DNA of 64,000 bases. It comes from an uncultured Rhodobiaceae bacterium. GTDB taxonomy: Bacteria > Pseudomonadota > Alphaproteobacteria > Rhizobiales > TMED25. The stretch spans positions 3,523 through 67,522 of the forward strand of contig CAJWEW010000005.1 of the NCBI GenBank assembly GCA_913030915.1, in the 5' to 3' direction. Positions 9,821 through 21,137 of the stretch are shown one piece after another. Numbering within the stretch: position 1 is the first letter of the stretch; every line of letters begins with the position of its first letter. The position numbers and the translations under genes were made by a program. Below the pieces are notes generated by a model that had not been told where the DNA came from, searched no databases, and was given only the letters and a program-made list of their open reading frames with translations.

Positions 9821-11080
9821 ATGAGTAAAGAATCTACATATATTCCAAAATCAGGCTTCTCTAAGTGGTTTGACCAAAGATTGCCATTACCGAGAATGCT
9901 TCATGATAACATAAATGCATTTCCAACACCAAGAAACCTAAACTACTGGTATACTTTCGGTGGCATTTTAACATTTTGTCTCGTGACGCAGATAGTTACA
10001 GGGATAGTTCTTGCGATGCACTACACTGCTGACGCAGGACTAGCATTTGCCTCTGTTGAGCATATAATGCGGAACGTTAATTATGGTTGGCTCATAAGAT
10101 ACATTCATGCTGTTGGAGCATCCATGTTTTTCCTAGCTGTTTACGTACATATTTTTAGAGGCTTGTATTATGGGTCATACAAAGCACCTAGGGAGATTCT
10201 ATGGATACTTGGTGTGGTTATATATCTATTGATGGTGATTACAGCCTTTATGGGCTATGTATTACCATGGGGACAGATGAGCTTCTGGGGCGCTACTGTT
10301 ATAACCAATCTATTTTCTGTCATACCGGTTGTGGGCACAACAATCACTGAATGGCTCTGGGGTGGATTTGCCGTAGATAACGCAACATTAAAAAGATTTT
10401 TTAGTTTGCACTACTTGATGCCCTTTATGATCTTTGGTGTAGTAATTTTGCACATCTGGTCACTTCATGTGACAGGTAATAATAATCCTGTCGGGGTCAG
10501 TGTTAAGGAAAAGCAGGACACAGTACCATTCGCGCCTTATTACACGGTAAAAGACGCGTTTTCTTTAGTCTGTTTTTTGATCCTATTTGCTTGGTTTATA
10601 TTTTTCAATCCAAATATATTAGGTCATACAGACAACTACATCATGGCGGATCCATTAGTGACCCCAGCTCATATTGTGCCGGAATGGTACTTGTTACCAT
10701 TCTATGCAATACTCAGAGCTATACCGTCAAAACTTGGCGGAGTATTAGTGATGGGTGCAGCAATAGCGATACTATTTATTCTGCCATGGCTTGACACATC
10801 AAAAGTGAGATCGGCTACTTTTAGACCACTATATAAGCAATTTTATTGGATATTTGTAGTGAATTGTATTGCTCTTGGATATCTAGGGTCTCAGAATCCA
10901 GAAGGTTTATTCCTAGTTGCATCCAGAATATGTACTGCATACTACTTCATTCATTTTCTACTTGTACTTCCAATATTAGGGCTGGTTGAGAAGCCAAAGC
11001 CCATTCCCGAGAGCATAACTAAAGCTGTTCTTGAAAAAATGGAAATAAGGAATTTGAAAGAAAAAAGTGCGGAGGCCTAG
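9821..11080 (+). CDS. petB: Cytochrome b
   Basis: 419 aa with [22 protein letters not shown] and [13 protein letters not shown] motifs. Confidence 0.95.
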   Translation: MSKESTYIPKSGFSKWFDQRLPLPRMLHDNINAFPTPRNLNYWYTFGGILTFCLVTQIVTGIVLAMHYTADAGLAFASVEHIMRNVNYGWLIRYIHAVGASMFFLAVYVHIFRGLYYGSYKAPREILWILGVVIYLLMVITAFMGYVLPWGQMSFWGATVITNLFSVIPVVGTTITEWLWGGFAVDNATLKRFFSLHYLMPFMIFGVVILHIWSLHVTGNNNPVGVSVKEKQDTVPFAPYYTVKDAFSLVCFLILFAWFIFFNPNILGHTDNYIMADPLVTPAHIVPEWYLLPFYAILRAIPSKLGGVLVMGAAIAILFILPWLDTSKVRSATFRPLYKQFYWIFVVNCIALGYLGSQNPEGLFLVASRICTAYYFIHFLLVLPILGLVEKPKPIPESITKAVLEKMEIRNLKEKSAEA

Positions 11081-11089
11081 CTGAAATAA

Positions 11090-11938
11090 ATGTTCAAATT
11101 ATCCGGATATAATTTCAAGTTTTGCATATTGTTCCAAATTATATTTGTCTTATTTTTTACGATAAGCGCATTCGCGGCAGGAGAACAAAAAAGAGTCCAG
11201 AAGCATGACTGGACTTTCGCTGGAATATTTGGACATTATGATGATGCTCAACTTCAGCGTGGTTTTCAAGTATATCGCGAGGTGTGTTCCTCTTGCCATT
11301 CAATGAACTATGTATATTACAGAAATTTAGCAGAAGAAGGTGGACCCGGTTTCACCGTTGAAGAAGTTAAAGTTATCGCATCTGAGGATACAATAATCGA
11401 TGGGCCTGATGACTACGGGGAAATGTTTGAAAGACCTGGAAAGCCGAGTGATATTTTTATGTCACCATACGCCAATCAGAATGAAGCGCGTGCATCAAAC
11501 GGTGGAGCATATCCTCCAGATTTCAGTGTACTAGCAAAAGCCAGAAGTACGCTTAGAGGTTTTCCTTGGTGGTTTGTTGACTTATTTACAGGATATCAAG
11601 AGCAGGGGGTAGATTATATCTATGCACTCTTAAATGGATATAGTGAACCACCTGAAGATTTTATATTGCAATCTGGCATGCATTATAATGAATACTATCC
11701 AGGTAACCAAATAGCAATGGGTCAGCCACTCTATGAAGAATCTGTTGAGTATGCTGACGGAACTATTGCAAGCGTAGAGCAAATGTCAGAAGATGTTTCT
11801 GCATTTATGATGTGGGCTGCTGAGCCAAAGCTTGAAATTAGAAAAAAAATGGGTTTCAAGGTTGCCATTTTTTTATTTGTTCTTGCAGGTTTGCTATATT
11901 ATTCAAAGAAGAAAATATGGGCCAAAATTGAACATTGA
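11090..11938 (+). CDS. petC: Cytochrome c1
   Basis: Signal or anchor sequence, heme motif CSSCHS, YPPDFS, C-terminal TM anchor. Confidence 0.9.
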   Translation: MFKLSGYNFKFCILFQIIFVLFFTISAFAAGEQKRVQKHDWTFAGIFGHYDDAQLQRGFQVYREVCSSCHSMNYVYYRNLAEEGGPGFTVEEVKVIASEDTIIDGPDDYGEMFERPGKPSDIFMSPYANQNEARASNGGAYPPDFSVLAKARSTLRGFPWWFVDLFTGYQEQGVDYIYALLNGYSEPPEDFILQSGMHYNEYYPGNQIAMGQPLYEESVEYADGTIASVEQMSEDVSAFMMWAAEPKLEIRKKMGFKVAIFLFVLAGLLYYSKKKIWAKIEH

Positions 11939-12489
11939 AACCAATAAAAATAGATCCATTGAAAAACAACATAAATTTTCTTGAAAAAAAAATACGATCG
12001 ATAAAAGACTATCCCAAACCAGGTATCATTTATCAAGATATCACCCCTCTTTTAAGAGATCCTCAGGCCTTTTCACTAGCTATTGATCTTTGCTGTGAAA
12101 AAGTGGATAGTGATACTGATTTAATAGCTGCAATAGATGCGAGAGGTTTTATTCTAGGTTCAGGTATTGCATACAAGACACGTAAGGGAATCATCCCAAT
12201 TCGTAAAATGAACAAGCTACCATATGATGTCATTGCGGAAAAATATTCCCTCGAGTATGGTGATGATCAAATTGAACTACACACTGACTCAATCGAGGAG
12301 GGGCAAAAAATAGTTTTAGTTGACGATGTTTTGGCAACCGGTGGAACAACTGAAGCGGCGATTAAACTTATCGATAGGTTAGGCGGTCAGTTATCCGCGA
12401 TCATTTTCTTACTAGAGCTCAAAGACCTGAATGGTCGTATAAAAATAGCAAAATATGTAGATAATATTCACTCTTTGATTGAGTTTTAG
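11935..12489 (+). CDS. apt: Adenine phosphoribosyltransferase
   Basis: DYPKPGIIYQDITPLL and PRPP motif VLVDDVLATGGT. The TTG start overlaps the petC stop. Confidence 0.9.
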   Translation: MKPIKIDPLKNNINFLEKKIRSIKDYPKPGIIYQDITPLLRDPQAFSLAIDLCCEKVDSDTDLIAAIDARGFILGSGIAYKTRKGIIPIRKMNKLPYDVIAEKYSLEYGDDQIELHTDSIEEGQKIVLVDDVLATGGTTEAAIKLIDRLGGQLSAIIFLLELKDLNGRIKIAKYVDNIHSLIEF

Positions 12490-13583
12490 TTGTTGCTCCT
12501 AAAGTGCATTATATCCCCGTCTTGAACTATATATTCCTTGCCCTCAAGTCTCATTTTACCAGCTTCCTTAGCTCCTTGTTCCCCATTATAATTACAAAAA
12601 TCTATATATGATGTGGTTTCCGCTCTTATGAAACCTTTTTCAAAATCTGTGTGAATAACAGATGCAGCTTTTGGAGCTAATGTATTCTTCTTTATCGTCC
12701 ATGCCCGTGTCTCTTTATGTCCACTTGTAAAATATGTTATAAGATCAAGTATGTAATAACCTGTATTTATGACTTTAGTAAGCCCTGTTTCATTGAGGCC
12801 AATACTTTTCAAATATTCATCCTTCTCCAATTCATCTAGAATTGATAGTTCTGACTCAGTCGATGCCGAGATAGTTATACAATGGGCATTTGATTTTGAT
12901 GCATAGTCATGAACTAGCTCAGAAAATGTATTTCCTAAAGCAGCGTCAGACTCCTCAACATTGCAAATGTAGAAGATTGGTTTTGATGTGAGAAGATTTA
13001 ATTCGGCATAAATCTTTTTATAAATATCGTCGACTTTAAATTCTCTAGCCTGTCTCCCGGAATCTAAAAAAGTTATAATCTTATCAATAAGATCGTATGT
13101 TGATTTTGCCAGTTCATCATTCCCCTTTATTTTTCGCTCCAGTCCATTTTTACGATTTTCCAGATTTTGTATATCAGCAAGTAGTAACTCTGTCTCAATC
13201 GATTGTATGTCCGATATCGGGTCTATTTTATTATTTACATGGGTGACATTGTCATTTTCGAAGCATCTTACAACATGCGCTATTGCATCGGTATCCCTAA
13301 TGTTTGATAGAAATTTATTACCAAGACCTTCTCCTTTTGATGCACCCTCAACTAAACCTGCTATATCTACAAAATTCAATTTTGTTGGTATTGTATTAAT
13401 TGAGTTTGATATTTTGCTCAATTTTATTAGTCTTTCATCAGGAACCGAAACCTCTCCTATGTTTGGCTCAATCGTACAAAATGGGTAATTACTAGCCTCA
13501 GCATTCGCTGTCTGAGTTAGCGCATTAAATAGAGTTGATTTTCCTACATTTGGTAATCCAACTATACCGCATTTAAAACCCAT
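12486..13583 (-). CDS. ychF: Redox-regulated ATPase YchF
   Basis: GIVGLPNVGKSTLFNALT P-loop, 365 aa, C-terminal TGS-like domain. Confidence 0.95.
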   Translation of the reverse strand: MGFKCGIVGLPNVGKSTLFNALTQTANAEASNYPFCTIEPNIGEVSVPDERLIKLSKISNSINTIPTKLNFVDIAGLVEGASKGEGLGNKFLSNIRDTDAIAHVVRCFENDNVTHVNNKIDPISDIQSIETELLLADIQNLENRKNGLERKIKGNDELAKSTYDLIDKIITFLDSGRQAREFKVDDIYKKIYAELNLLTSKPIFYICNVEESDAALGNTFSELVHDYASKSNAHCITISASTESELSILDELEKDEYLKSIGLNETGLTKVINTGYYILDLITYFTSGHKETRAWTIKKNTLAPKAASVIHTDFEKGFIRAETTSYIDFCNYNGEQGAKEAGKMRLEGKEYIVQDGDIMHFRSNN

Positions 13584-13592
13584 AGCACTCTC

Positions 13593-14204
13593 TTATTTGA
13601 ATAAACCTAAGATTTTTCCTAATGGATTAATCTTTTGGTTTTGGACTTCTGCAAGTTCAAAATTAATACTGAAGCTTTCTTTTTTATTTAAAATCTCATT
13701 GATGTTATTTGTTAGGTAATTGAGAATTTGGTTGAGTTTATCTTTTTCAGATCCTGTAAAGTTACCCATTACATGACCACTAACCTTCTCTTTTTTACCA
13801 GGATGCCCAATGCCAAGCCTAACCCTTACATAACTATTATCAATTTTATTTGAAATTGATTTCAGTCCGTTATGGCCTGCGTTACCACCCCCAGATTTAA
13901 TTCGAATTTTTCCAAATGGTATATCAAGTTCATCATGTAAGACAAAAATATCTTTTGAGTCTATTTTATAAAAATTTGCAATCTGTGAGACTGCATCACC
14001 AGAATTATTCATGTATGTTTCTGGTTTTACAAGGATTATTCTATTTTTATCTAATACCGCTTCATAAATAACAGAATTAAATTTATTTTTAATTTTATAA
14101 TTCTCTTGTGCCGAAATTATATTTTCAATTGCCATATATCCGATATTATGGCGGGTATATTGGTATTTTTTCCCCGGATTTCCAAGGCCAACTATTAGTT
14201 GCAT
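13593..14204 (-). CDS. pth: Peptidyl-tRNA hydrolase
   Basis: LIVGLGNPGKKY..TRHNIG N-terminus and GHNGLKS motif. Confidence 0.9.
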   Translation of the reverse strand: MQLIVGLGNPGKKYQYTRHNIGYMAIENIISAQENYKIKNKFNSVIYEAVLDKNRIILVKPETYMNNSGDAVSQIANFYKIDSKDIFVLHDELDIPFGKIRIKSGGGNAGHNGLKSISNKIDNSYVRVRLGIGHPGKKEKVSGHVMGNFTGSEKDKLNQILNYLTNNINEILNKKESFSINFELAEVQNQKINPLGKILGLFK

Positions 14205-14218
14205 TAGACTATTTATTT

Positions 14219-14869
14219 TTATTCTTGGCTATCTTCAGCATCAGAGGTTTCTTGTGTTTCACTATCATCTGCCTCCTCTGTTTCCTCAGCTTCTTCAGTA
14301 ATACCAGCTGGGGCTGCAATTGTTGCAATTGTAAAATCTCTATCAGTAATTGTTGGCGTAACGTCCTCAGGTAAAGTCACTGCTGAAATATGAATTGAGT
14401 CACCGGTGTCCGCTTCCGAGAGGTCTACCACTATATTTTCGGGTATCGCATCAGCTGGGCATGATAATTCAACATTATAGCGAACAACATTCAATACACC
14501 ACCCTTCTTAATACCTGGACAAACATCATCGTTTATGAATGATACAGGAACTTCCACTACAACTTTTGCTTCTTTTGAAAGCAAAAGAAAATCAACGTGA
14601 AGAGGTGTATCTTTTACTGGATGGAGTTGCACGTCTTTCGGTATTACACGTGTTTTTTTTCCATCTAAATTCAAATCATATAATGTTGACAAAAATCTAC
14701 CAGTTTGAAAGTGCTTTACAAGCACTTTTGTTTCAACTGTTATGTTTATTGGATCAATACCGGTACCGTATAGTATAGCAGGAGTATTACCATCCCGTCT
14801 TATTGCACGCGAGCCGCCGGTACCCATTCTGTCTCTAATTTTAACGTCGATTTCTTGTATATCAGCCAT
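14219..14869 (-). CDS. rplY: 50S ribosomal protein L25 / general stress protein Ctc
   Basis: L25/Ctc two-domain pattern (RRDGNTPAILYG, HPVKDTPLHVDF) with an acidic C-terminal tail. pth-rplY-prs synteny. Confidence 0.9.
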   Translation of the reverse strand: MADIQEIDVKIRDRMGTGGSRAIRRDGNTPAILYGTGIDPINITVETKVLVKHFQTGRFLSTLYDLNLDGKKTRVIPKDVQLHPVKDTPLHVDFLLLSKEAKVVVEVPVSFINDDVCPGIKKGGVLNVVRYNVELSCPADAIPENIVVDLSEADTGDSIHISAVTLPEDVTPTITDRDFTIATIAAPAGITEEAEETEEADDSETQETSDAEDSQE

Positions 14870-14963
14870 TTTATTCTAAATATTTGATTATGAATTTATT
14901 ATTAGGTTTTATTATTATTATCTATAAATAATTTTTAGAAAAAAAGAAAGATTTTTTTAATTA

Positions 14964-15920
14964 TTATATGAAGAGGCTTGAAACAGACTCTTCATTTGAA
15001 GTTCTCATAATTGCATCGCCTAATAGCTTTGCAACAGAAATTATTTTGATTTTTTTAGATCCACTACCAACAGTTTCATTGAAGATCGTGTCACTAACAG
15101 CAAGATTTTTCAGGTCAGAGCTATTAATTCTCTCCACAGCTTCACCTGACAAAACACCATGAGTAATATAAGCGCTAACTTCTTTTGCCCCAGACTCTAG
15201 TAATTTACTCGCAGCATTACATAATGTTCCGCCGGAGTCTACGATATCATCAACCAGAATACATGACCTTCCGTTAACATCACCTATAATATTCATTACT
15301 TCTGATTGACCAGGTTTATCTCTCCTTTTATCCACAATTGCTAATGGCGCGCCACCAATTCTTTCGGCAATAAGTCGCGCCCTCACGACTCCCCCAACAT
15401 CTGGTGAGACGACTGTAATTTTTTCAACATCTAGTGTATCTTTTATATGTGTCACAATGACAGGCGCCGCCGATAGGTTATCCGTTGGTATATCGAAAAA
15501 ACCTTGTATTTGGCCAGCATGAAGATCAATAGTCAAAACTCTGTCAGCGCCAGCATTTGTAATGAGGTTGGCAACTAATTTGGCAGATATCGGAGTCCTA
15601 CCTGATGTTCGCCTATCTTGGCGTGCATATCCGTAGTATGGAATTACCGCAGTAATTCTTCGCGCTGAAGACCTTTTTAGGGCATCAATGAGTATTAATA
15701 ATTCCATTAAATGATCATTTGCAGGATATGATGTTGATTGAATGACAAAAACATCCTCGCCTCTGACGTTCTCAAGGATTTCGACAAATACTTCCATGTC
15801 AGCAAATCTACGAACATTACATTCGGTTAGGGGTATTTTAAGGTAATTTGCAATATCTGTTGCAAGCCTCATATTTGAGTTTCCTGCAACGATTTTTATG
15901 TTTTGATCTTGTTTTTTCAT
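14964..15920 (-). CDS. prs: Ribose-phosphate pyrophosphokinase
   Basis: [10 protein letters not shown] motif and PRPP-binding motif [11 protein letters not shown]. Confidence 0.95.
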   Translation of the reverse strand: MKKQDQNIKIVAGNSNMRLATDIANYLKIPLTECNVRRFADMEVFVEILENVRGEDVFVIQSTSYPANDHLMELLILIDALKRSSARRITAVIPYYGYARQDRRTSGRTPISAKLVANLITNAGADRVLTIDLHAGQIQGFFDIPTDNLSAAPVIVTHIKDTLDVEKITVVSPDVGGVVRARLIAERIGGAPLAIVDKRRDKPGQSEVMNIIGDVNGRSCILVDDIVDSGGTLCNAASKLLESGAKEVSAYITHGVLSGEAVERINSSDLKNLAVSDTIFNETVGSGSKKIKIISVAKLLGDAIMRTSNEESVSSLFI

Positions 15921-15987
15921 ACCAAGTAGATGAATTAATTGTTTTTACAATAACACTTTATAATAATAAGTAAATATTTAGGTCTTT

Positions 15988-16764
15988 TTATGGAGTATAT
16001 TTATTTGTAATGGTGATTGCATTTGCTTGTCGTCCGTAATCTATTTCGTTTAGATGATGAGATCTTCTAAAAGAAAAAAATTCATTACTATTTTCATATG
16101 TACATTTTTTTACATTACCAATTTCTCTTACGCCACAATTTTTAATTTTATTTATGCAATATTGCGGTAAATCAAAATAGTATTTCTGATTTTTTTGGAT
16201 AAAGAGCTCTCTATTTTTATCATCATCAATCATAAAATTTTCCAAAAACTCACTGCCAACCTCATATGATTTTTGTTGTATGCATGGCCCTATAACTATT
16301 GAAATATTTTCTGTTTTTCCACCTAATTCCTGAACCTTCATTATCGTATTTTCTATAATATTACTTTTAGCTCCTTTCCAACCTGCGTGGATGGCACCAA
16401 TTATATTTTCTTGTCTCTCATGAAGTAACAATGGAACACAATCGGCTGTCAAAACGCAAAGAACTAGTTTTTCACTTTTTGTCACTAACGCATCTGCCAT
16501 GACATTCTGTGAATCATTGTCTGTGATTATTTTACATATATTTGTATGTTTTTGTATTGGCATGATAAGACTCGCATCTTCTTTACCCAGCTCTTGTAAA
16601 ACTTTTTTTCTGTTTCTACTTGTATTTACATTCGAGTCATCTGACCTTCTGCTGCAATTTAAACTTTTATAAATGCCTTTAGAGTATCCTCCATTACGTG
16701 TGAAGAAGCCATAGCTACAGCCACTGAGGTCAACTTCTTTTGATTTTATAAAATTTTCTTTCAT
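15988..16764 (-). CDS. pgeF: YfiH/PgeF family (laccase-domain) peptidoglycan editing factor / purine nucleoside phosphorylase-like
   Basis: TADCVPLLL, AIHAGWKG and SFRR motifs. Confidence 0.8.
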   Translation of the reverse strand: MKENFIKSKEVDLSGCSYGFFTRNGGYSKGIYKSLNCSRRSDDSNVNTSRNRKKVLQELGKEDASLIMPIQKHTNICKIITDNDSQNVMADALVTKSEKLVLCVLTADCVPLLLHERQENIIGAIHAGWKGAKSNIIENTIMKVQELGGKTENISIVIGPCIQQKSYEVGSEFLENFMIDDDKNRELFIQKNQKYYFDLPQYCINKIKNCGVREIGNVKKCTYENSNEFFSFRRSHHLNEIDYGRQANAITITNKYTP

Positions 16765-17843
16765 TTCATTTTTTCTGGTACCGAAGACTTATTATTTGAA
16801 AAGTATAGGACTTTAAATAATTCACCCATTTTATCAGGATCAGTTAATCGGTGATACTGTCGATCCAGTTTATTTTTATGTTCATTACTTGTATTTGATC
16901 TCAACATTTTATATCTCTCGAAGATTCCCAAACTTAGCAGGAAGTCCCTCTGATATATTGGTCCGAATGAATTGATATTCATGGCTCTAGCAATTTCTTT
17001 ATATCTTTTTATATCTATCAAGCTTGTTAAGTCAGTGTTACCTGGCTCGTGGAAAATAGATCTTTTTTTGTGTGCTGAGATTGCTTGTATTGTATCACCT
17101 ACACCGCCCATTATTTTGGCGTAGTCTAAAATTAATAGACCACCATTTTTTGCTATATTTTTAAAAATTATTTTTAAAATATTATCTTGTTTTGGTGAAA
17201 TTTCATAAATCATATCATCATTTAATCGATACTCTGGAAAGTTTATATTAGCTGACTGTTCCAATGGTTTATCGATGAAAGAGTATTTGAGTCGACCGAG
17301 ATCATCTATGCCGATTGCCCTCTCTTTCCAATTCCCACCTTTAAGAATATATTGTTTTATTGGGATAGCATCGAAAAATTCATTGGCAATAAAGAAGTTT
17401 ATGCCATCAGGCATTTTCTCCAGCGTATTTATCCTCTTGAAATCGTAATCTATATTACGTGATTGTTCTTCTCTCAGAGTTTCACTTGTGTCATACAACC
17501 AGATTTTGATTGATTTATAAAAATCCGGAAATTTTTTTGAAACTCTCTGAATATCATCCATCATAAAACCATTTCCTGGACCTAATTCTATGATATTAAT
17601 TTTTTGTTTCCCAATATTTTGCCATGTGGTGATCAGCCACAGTGCAATCATTTCACCAAACATTTGACTGACCTCAGGAGCCGTGATGAAATCACCATCT
17701 GCTCCAATTGGTCTCTTATATTTGTAATAACCAAAATCCTTATCTTGAAGGCATAACGTCATATACTCTTCGATTGTCATGAGTCCATCTTGATAAACTT
17801 TGTTTTTAATTTTTTCTTCTAGATTTCTATATTTTTTTTCCAT
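16761..17843 (-). CDS. SAM-dependent methyltransferase, MidA/NDUFAF7 (DUF185) family
   Basis: DFITAPEVSQMFGEMIALWL and ELGPGNG motifs, 360 aa. Confidence 0.8.
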   Translation of the reverse strand: MEKKYRNLEEKIKNKVYQDGLMTIEEYMTLCLQDKDFGYYKYKRPIGADGDFITAPEVSQMFGEMIALWLITTWQNIGKQKINIIELGPGNGFMMDDIQRVSKKFPDFYKSIKIWLYDTSETLREEQSRNIDYDFKRINTLEKMPDGINFFIANEFFDAIPIKQYILKGGNWKERAIGIDDLGRLKYSFIDKPLEQSANINFPEYRLNDDMIYEISPKQDNILKIIFKNIAKNGGLLILDYAKIMGGVGDTIQAISAHKKRSIFHEPGNTDLTSLIDIKRYKEIARAMNINSFGPIYQRDFLLSLGIFERYKMLRSNTSNEHKNKLDRQYHRLTDPDKMGELFKVLYFSNNKSSVPEKMK

Positions 17844-18636
17844 CTTTTCTATTTAATAATATTACTCCCACAACCATCATGGGAATAGAGATAATCATAC
17901 CAATTGTAACTTGACCAAAAATATATCCGATTTGTTCATCTGGCAGTCTATATATTTCTGATATTATTCTGAAAACTCCATAAAAAATAAGAAATATTGC
18001 TGATGCATTACCTGGAGTTCTCAGAATACGATATTTTTTACAAGAGACTAGTAATATAAAGAATAAAACCAAGCCTTCCAATATCGCCTCATATATTTGC
18101 GATGGATGTCTGGAAATAAGTTCTCCACTTGGATATATAACAGACCACGGAAGCTCGGATGTCTTACCGATTAACTCATTATTTATAAAATTTGATATTC
18201 TGCCAAAGAAAATGCCAATAGGTGCAGAAATTGCTAGTAGGTCTGCCAACGATAAGAAGTTTAATTTATATTTCTTTGAAAATATTAACGCCGAAATAAT
18301 TATACCAATGAGGCCACCATGAAAAGACATTCCGCCATTCCAAATTTTATATATTTCATTAAGATTTTCTAAAAAGTAAGAAAGATCGTAAATTAAAATA
18401 TACCCAACACGACCGCCAAATATGATACCAATAATAGCCCACGGAAGAAAATTACTAATCATTTCAGTGCCAATGAATTTATCGGCAGCGTGATCACGAA
18501 TAAATTTAGATGATATATATATCCAGCCAAGTAGGAGGCCCAGACCATAGGATAAGCCGTACCAGTGAATATTAATTGGTCCGATTTGAACCGCCACGGG
18601 GTCAATAACAGGCAGAAGCATTCCAATTGCGTACAT
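17827..18636 (-). CDS. lgt: Prolipoprotein diacylglyceryl transferase
   Basis: Polytopic membrane protein with GGRVGY, GMSFHGGLIG and RHPSQIYEA motifs. Confidence 0.9.
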   Translation of the reverse strand: MYAIGMLLPVIDPVAVQIGPINIHWYGLSYGLGLLLGWIYISSKFIRDHAADKFIGTEMISNFLPWAIIGIIFGGRVGYILIYDLSYFLENLNEIYKIWNGGMSFHGGLIGIIISALIFSKKYKLNFLSLADLLAISAPIGIFFGRISNFINNELIGKTSELPWSVIYPSGELISRHPSQIYEAILEGLVLFFILLVSCKKYRILRTPGNASAIFLIFYGVFRIISEIYRLPDEQIGYIFGQVTIGMIISIPMMVVGVILLNRKDGKKI

Positions 18637-18717
18637 TAATAATATTTACCTTTAATTTTTAATTTTAATATATCATAATTAACTAAGAAAACACTTTTAA
18701 CAATGAATGGAGAATTT

Positions 18718-18984
18718 ATGAGTCAGTCGAACTCAAATTTATTTAGTAAATTAACAGAAATATTGTCCGAAACAGCAGGTGCCGCAAGTGGGGTAAAAAA
18801 AGAAATTGAGATAATAGTAAAATCTCAGGTTGAGAAAATATTGAATGATTTTGAAGTTGTTCAACGCGATGAATTTGATTTAATAAAAGAAATGCTCATT
18901 AAAGAAAAAGAAAAAAGCATGCTTCTTGAGAAAAAATTAAATGAAATAGAGAAAAAATTAAAAAAAAGTAAATCTACAAAGTAG
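18718..18984 (+). CDS. ubiK: UbiK/BMFP-type accessory factor (coiled-coil)
   Basis: Pattern SNLFSKLTEILSETAGAASGVKKEIE....DFEVVQRDEFDLIKEM. I chose the ATG at 18718 because GGAGA lies 6 nt upstream; the longest ORF starts at 18703. Confidence 0.65.
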   Translation: MSQSNSNLFSKLTEILSETAGAASGVKKEIEIIVKSQVEKILNDFEVVQRDEFDLIKEMLIKEKEKSMLLEKKLNEIEKKLKKSKSTK

Positions 18985-19093
18985 TGGATAAGTCAGGAAA
19001 CCACCAAAAATAAAATATACGCCCAGCTAGTGTAAATAAAAAATTAATCATTTAGCATAAAATGGTAGATGAACAAATTTACTTTTTTGTGTA

Positions 19094-19591
19094 ATGGAAA
19101 ATTTATTATTTTTAAATAAAAAAAAGCACCCACTTGATGTAATCGAAGAAATTATAGACTCTCAGAGCTATACATTTAAAAGATCCTTTCAAGATGAACT
19201 GGACTTATGGATATCAAGTAGCAGATCAAATTTTCGAATAAATTTTAATTGGAATAGCAAATTAGAGGGTATTCACATTATTGTTTTTTTTGAAACAAAG
19301 ATTCCAGAATATAGACAGGATGAGGTGTATAAGTTAACCATAAAAATTAACCAATTAATGTGGTTGGGACATTTTGATATTTGGAATGACGAACTAATGC
19401 CAGTATTTAGGTATAATTTGTTGCTTTCTGGAGGCTTATTACCCACTGATATACAATTCAATTCTTTACTCAGGCATATAACAGATACTTGTGAAAAATT
19501 TTTTCCATCATTCCAATACGTTATTTGGGGTGGAAATAATGCTGATGAGGCTATAAAAAATTCAATATTTACAACTGCGGGGGAGTCTTGA
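19094..19591 (+). CDS. YbjN-domain protein
   Basis: 165 aa, immediately upstream of and overlapping proC, as is typical in alphaproteobacteria. The family call rests on weak sequence impression plus synteny. Confidence 0.5.
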   Translation: MENLLFLNKKKHPLDVIEEIIDSQSYTFKRSFQDELDLWISSSRSNFRINFNWNSKLEGIHIIVFFETKIPEYRQDEVYKLTIKINQLMWLGHFDIWNDELMPVFRYNLLLSGGLLPTDIQFNSLLRHITDTCEKFFPSFQYVIWGGNNADEAIKNSIFTTAGES

Positions 19592-20409
19592 GTTTACAAA
19601 CACTAAAAAAATTATCTCTTATTGGCATGGGTAGGATGGGAAAGTCCATGGTAGGTGGATGGTTAAATAGCGGTTTAAGCACTAATAAGATACAGATTAT
19701 TGACCCAAATATAAGTGTTAATGACAAATTCATAACCGAAAATGGCCTTAGTAAGAAATCTTTGGAAGAAATTGACTTAACTCAGGGAACGATAGTTATT
19801 GCTGTAAAACCTCAAGTTGTAGAAAATATTTTAATTGCGCTACGGGGGAAGTTAACATCAGAGACTACAATTATATCGATCGTTGCAGGTTACTCAACAA
19901 AAGATATTAGGAATTATATTGGAATGGAACCTAAATTAATCAGGACGATGCCAAATACACCGGCTGCAATCGGGAAAGGTATGACGGCAATATTTTCTGA
20001 TAGTACCCTAGACCAAAATATTAGATCAGAAGCCGAGGCTCTGTTCAGTGCAATTGGAGAATATTGCTGGATAGATGACGAAGATCAAATGCATATTATA
20101 ACTGCTATATCTGGTAGTGGCCCGGCTTATTACTATTTACTAACTGAGTGTTTGATTGAAATTGCATCCAGCCGTGGCCTTGAGAGAGATAATGCGGCAT
20201 TGCTTGTTGAACAAACGTTTACTGGTTCAGCAGCATTGGCGGAAAGTTCTCCAAATATTTCTCCAGCTCAACAACGACAAAATGTTACCTCACCTGGTGG
20301 AACAACGGAAGCAGCATTGAAAATATTGATGGAAGATGATAAATTAAAGAGACTATTAGATTTAGCTATTAATAGTGCAGCTGAGAGAAGCAAAAACCTC
20401 TCAAAATAA
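19588..20409 (+). CDS. proC: Pyrroline-5-carboxylate reductase
   Basis: LIGMGRMG Rossmann motif, RTMPNTPA and VTSPGGTTEAAL motifs. TTG start overlaps the ybjN stop. Confidence 0.9.
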   Translation: MSLQTLKKLSLIGMGRMGKSMVGGWLNSGLSTNKIQIIDPNISVNDKFITENGLSKKSLEEIDLTQGTIVIAVKPQVVENILIALRGKLTSETTIISIVAGYSTKDIRNYIGMEPKLIRTMPNTPAAIGKGMTAIFSDSTLDQNIRSEAEALFSAIGEYCWIDDEDQMHIITAISGSGPAYYYLLTECLIEIASSRGLERDNAALLVEQTFTGSAALAESSPNISPAQQRQNVTSPGGTTEAALKILMEDDKLKRLLDLAINSAAERSKNLSK

Positions 20410-20433
20410 TTTATCACTTTTGAGGTCGATTAA

Positions 20434-21042
20434 TTGGCAAATTTACATAAAGAGCAGATCATTACAGCTTTTTTAGATATTTTAAAGAAAAATAGCTATA
20501 GCGCGATCACAATTGAAAAAATTGCAAGAAAAGCAAAGGTAAAAAAAGATATAATTATATCTGAGTTTATTGATGTCGACTCAATAGCGTTTCAGTACCT
20601 TAATGAAGTTGATATTGAAACACTAATGTTGGCAAAAGAGGACTCGGACCCAAATAATCCCAAAGATATTATGTTTAATATTATCATTAATAGACTGGAA
20701 ATATACGATAGGAATCGTACTTCTATTCTCAAATTGCTAGATGGTAAATCTGACTTTAGGTTAAAATATATATCAACATTACCAAGATTGATAAAAATCT
20801 TTGATCTTATTTATAAAAATAAAAATAGTGCAAGTTTGAAAAAATTGTCGAGAGATATTGGATTTTTATATATCTACAAGCAAGTATTGCGTGCCTGGAT
20901 AATAAACAAAGATATATCAGAGCTAATGTCTTTGACTGATAAAAAACTTATAAGAGCGGGTGAAATATATAGCTATCTTAACAAACCAGCTGCTATTTTA
21001 GACGATCTAGTATGCAAGTCCTTCAAGACTAAGAAAAATTAG
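20434..21042 (+). CDS. TetR-like transcriptional regulator (tentative)
   Basis: The N-terminal IITAFLDILKKNSYSAITIEKIARKAKVKKDIIISEF resembles a TetR HTH. The rest is an unrecognised helical domain. Confidence 0.4.
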   Translation: MANLHKEQIITAFLDILKKNSYSAITIEKIARKAKVKKDIIISEFIDVDSIAFQYLNEVDIETLMLAKEDSDPNNPKDIMFNIIINRLEIYDRNRTSILKLLDGKSDFRLKYISTLPRLIKIFDLIYKNKNSASLKKLSRDIGFLYIYKQVLRAWIINKDISELMSLTDKKLIRAGEIYSYLNKPAAILDDLVCKSFKTKKN

Positions 21043-21137
21043 CAATTAAAAACAAAAATATATAGATTTTTTCTTCCAGAAAAGTTAACTATATTGTATA
21101 TACTGCATTATAAGTATTTCAGACATAGAGATGTTTT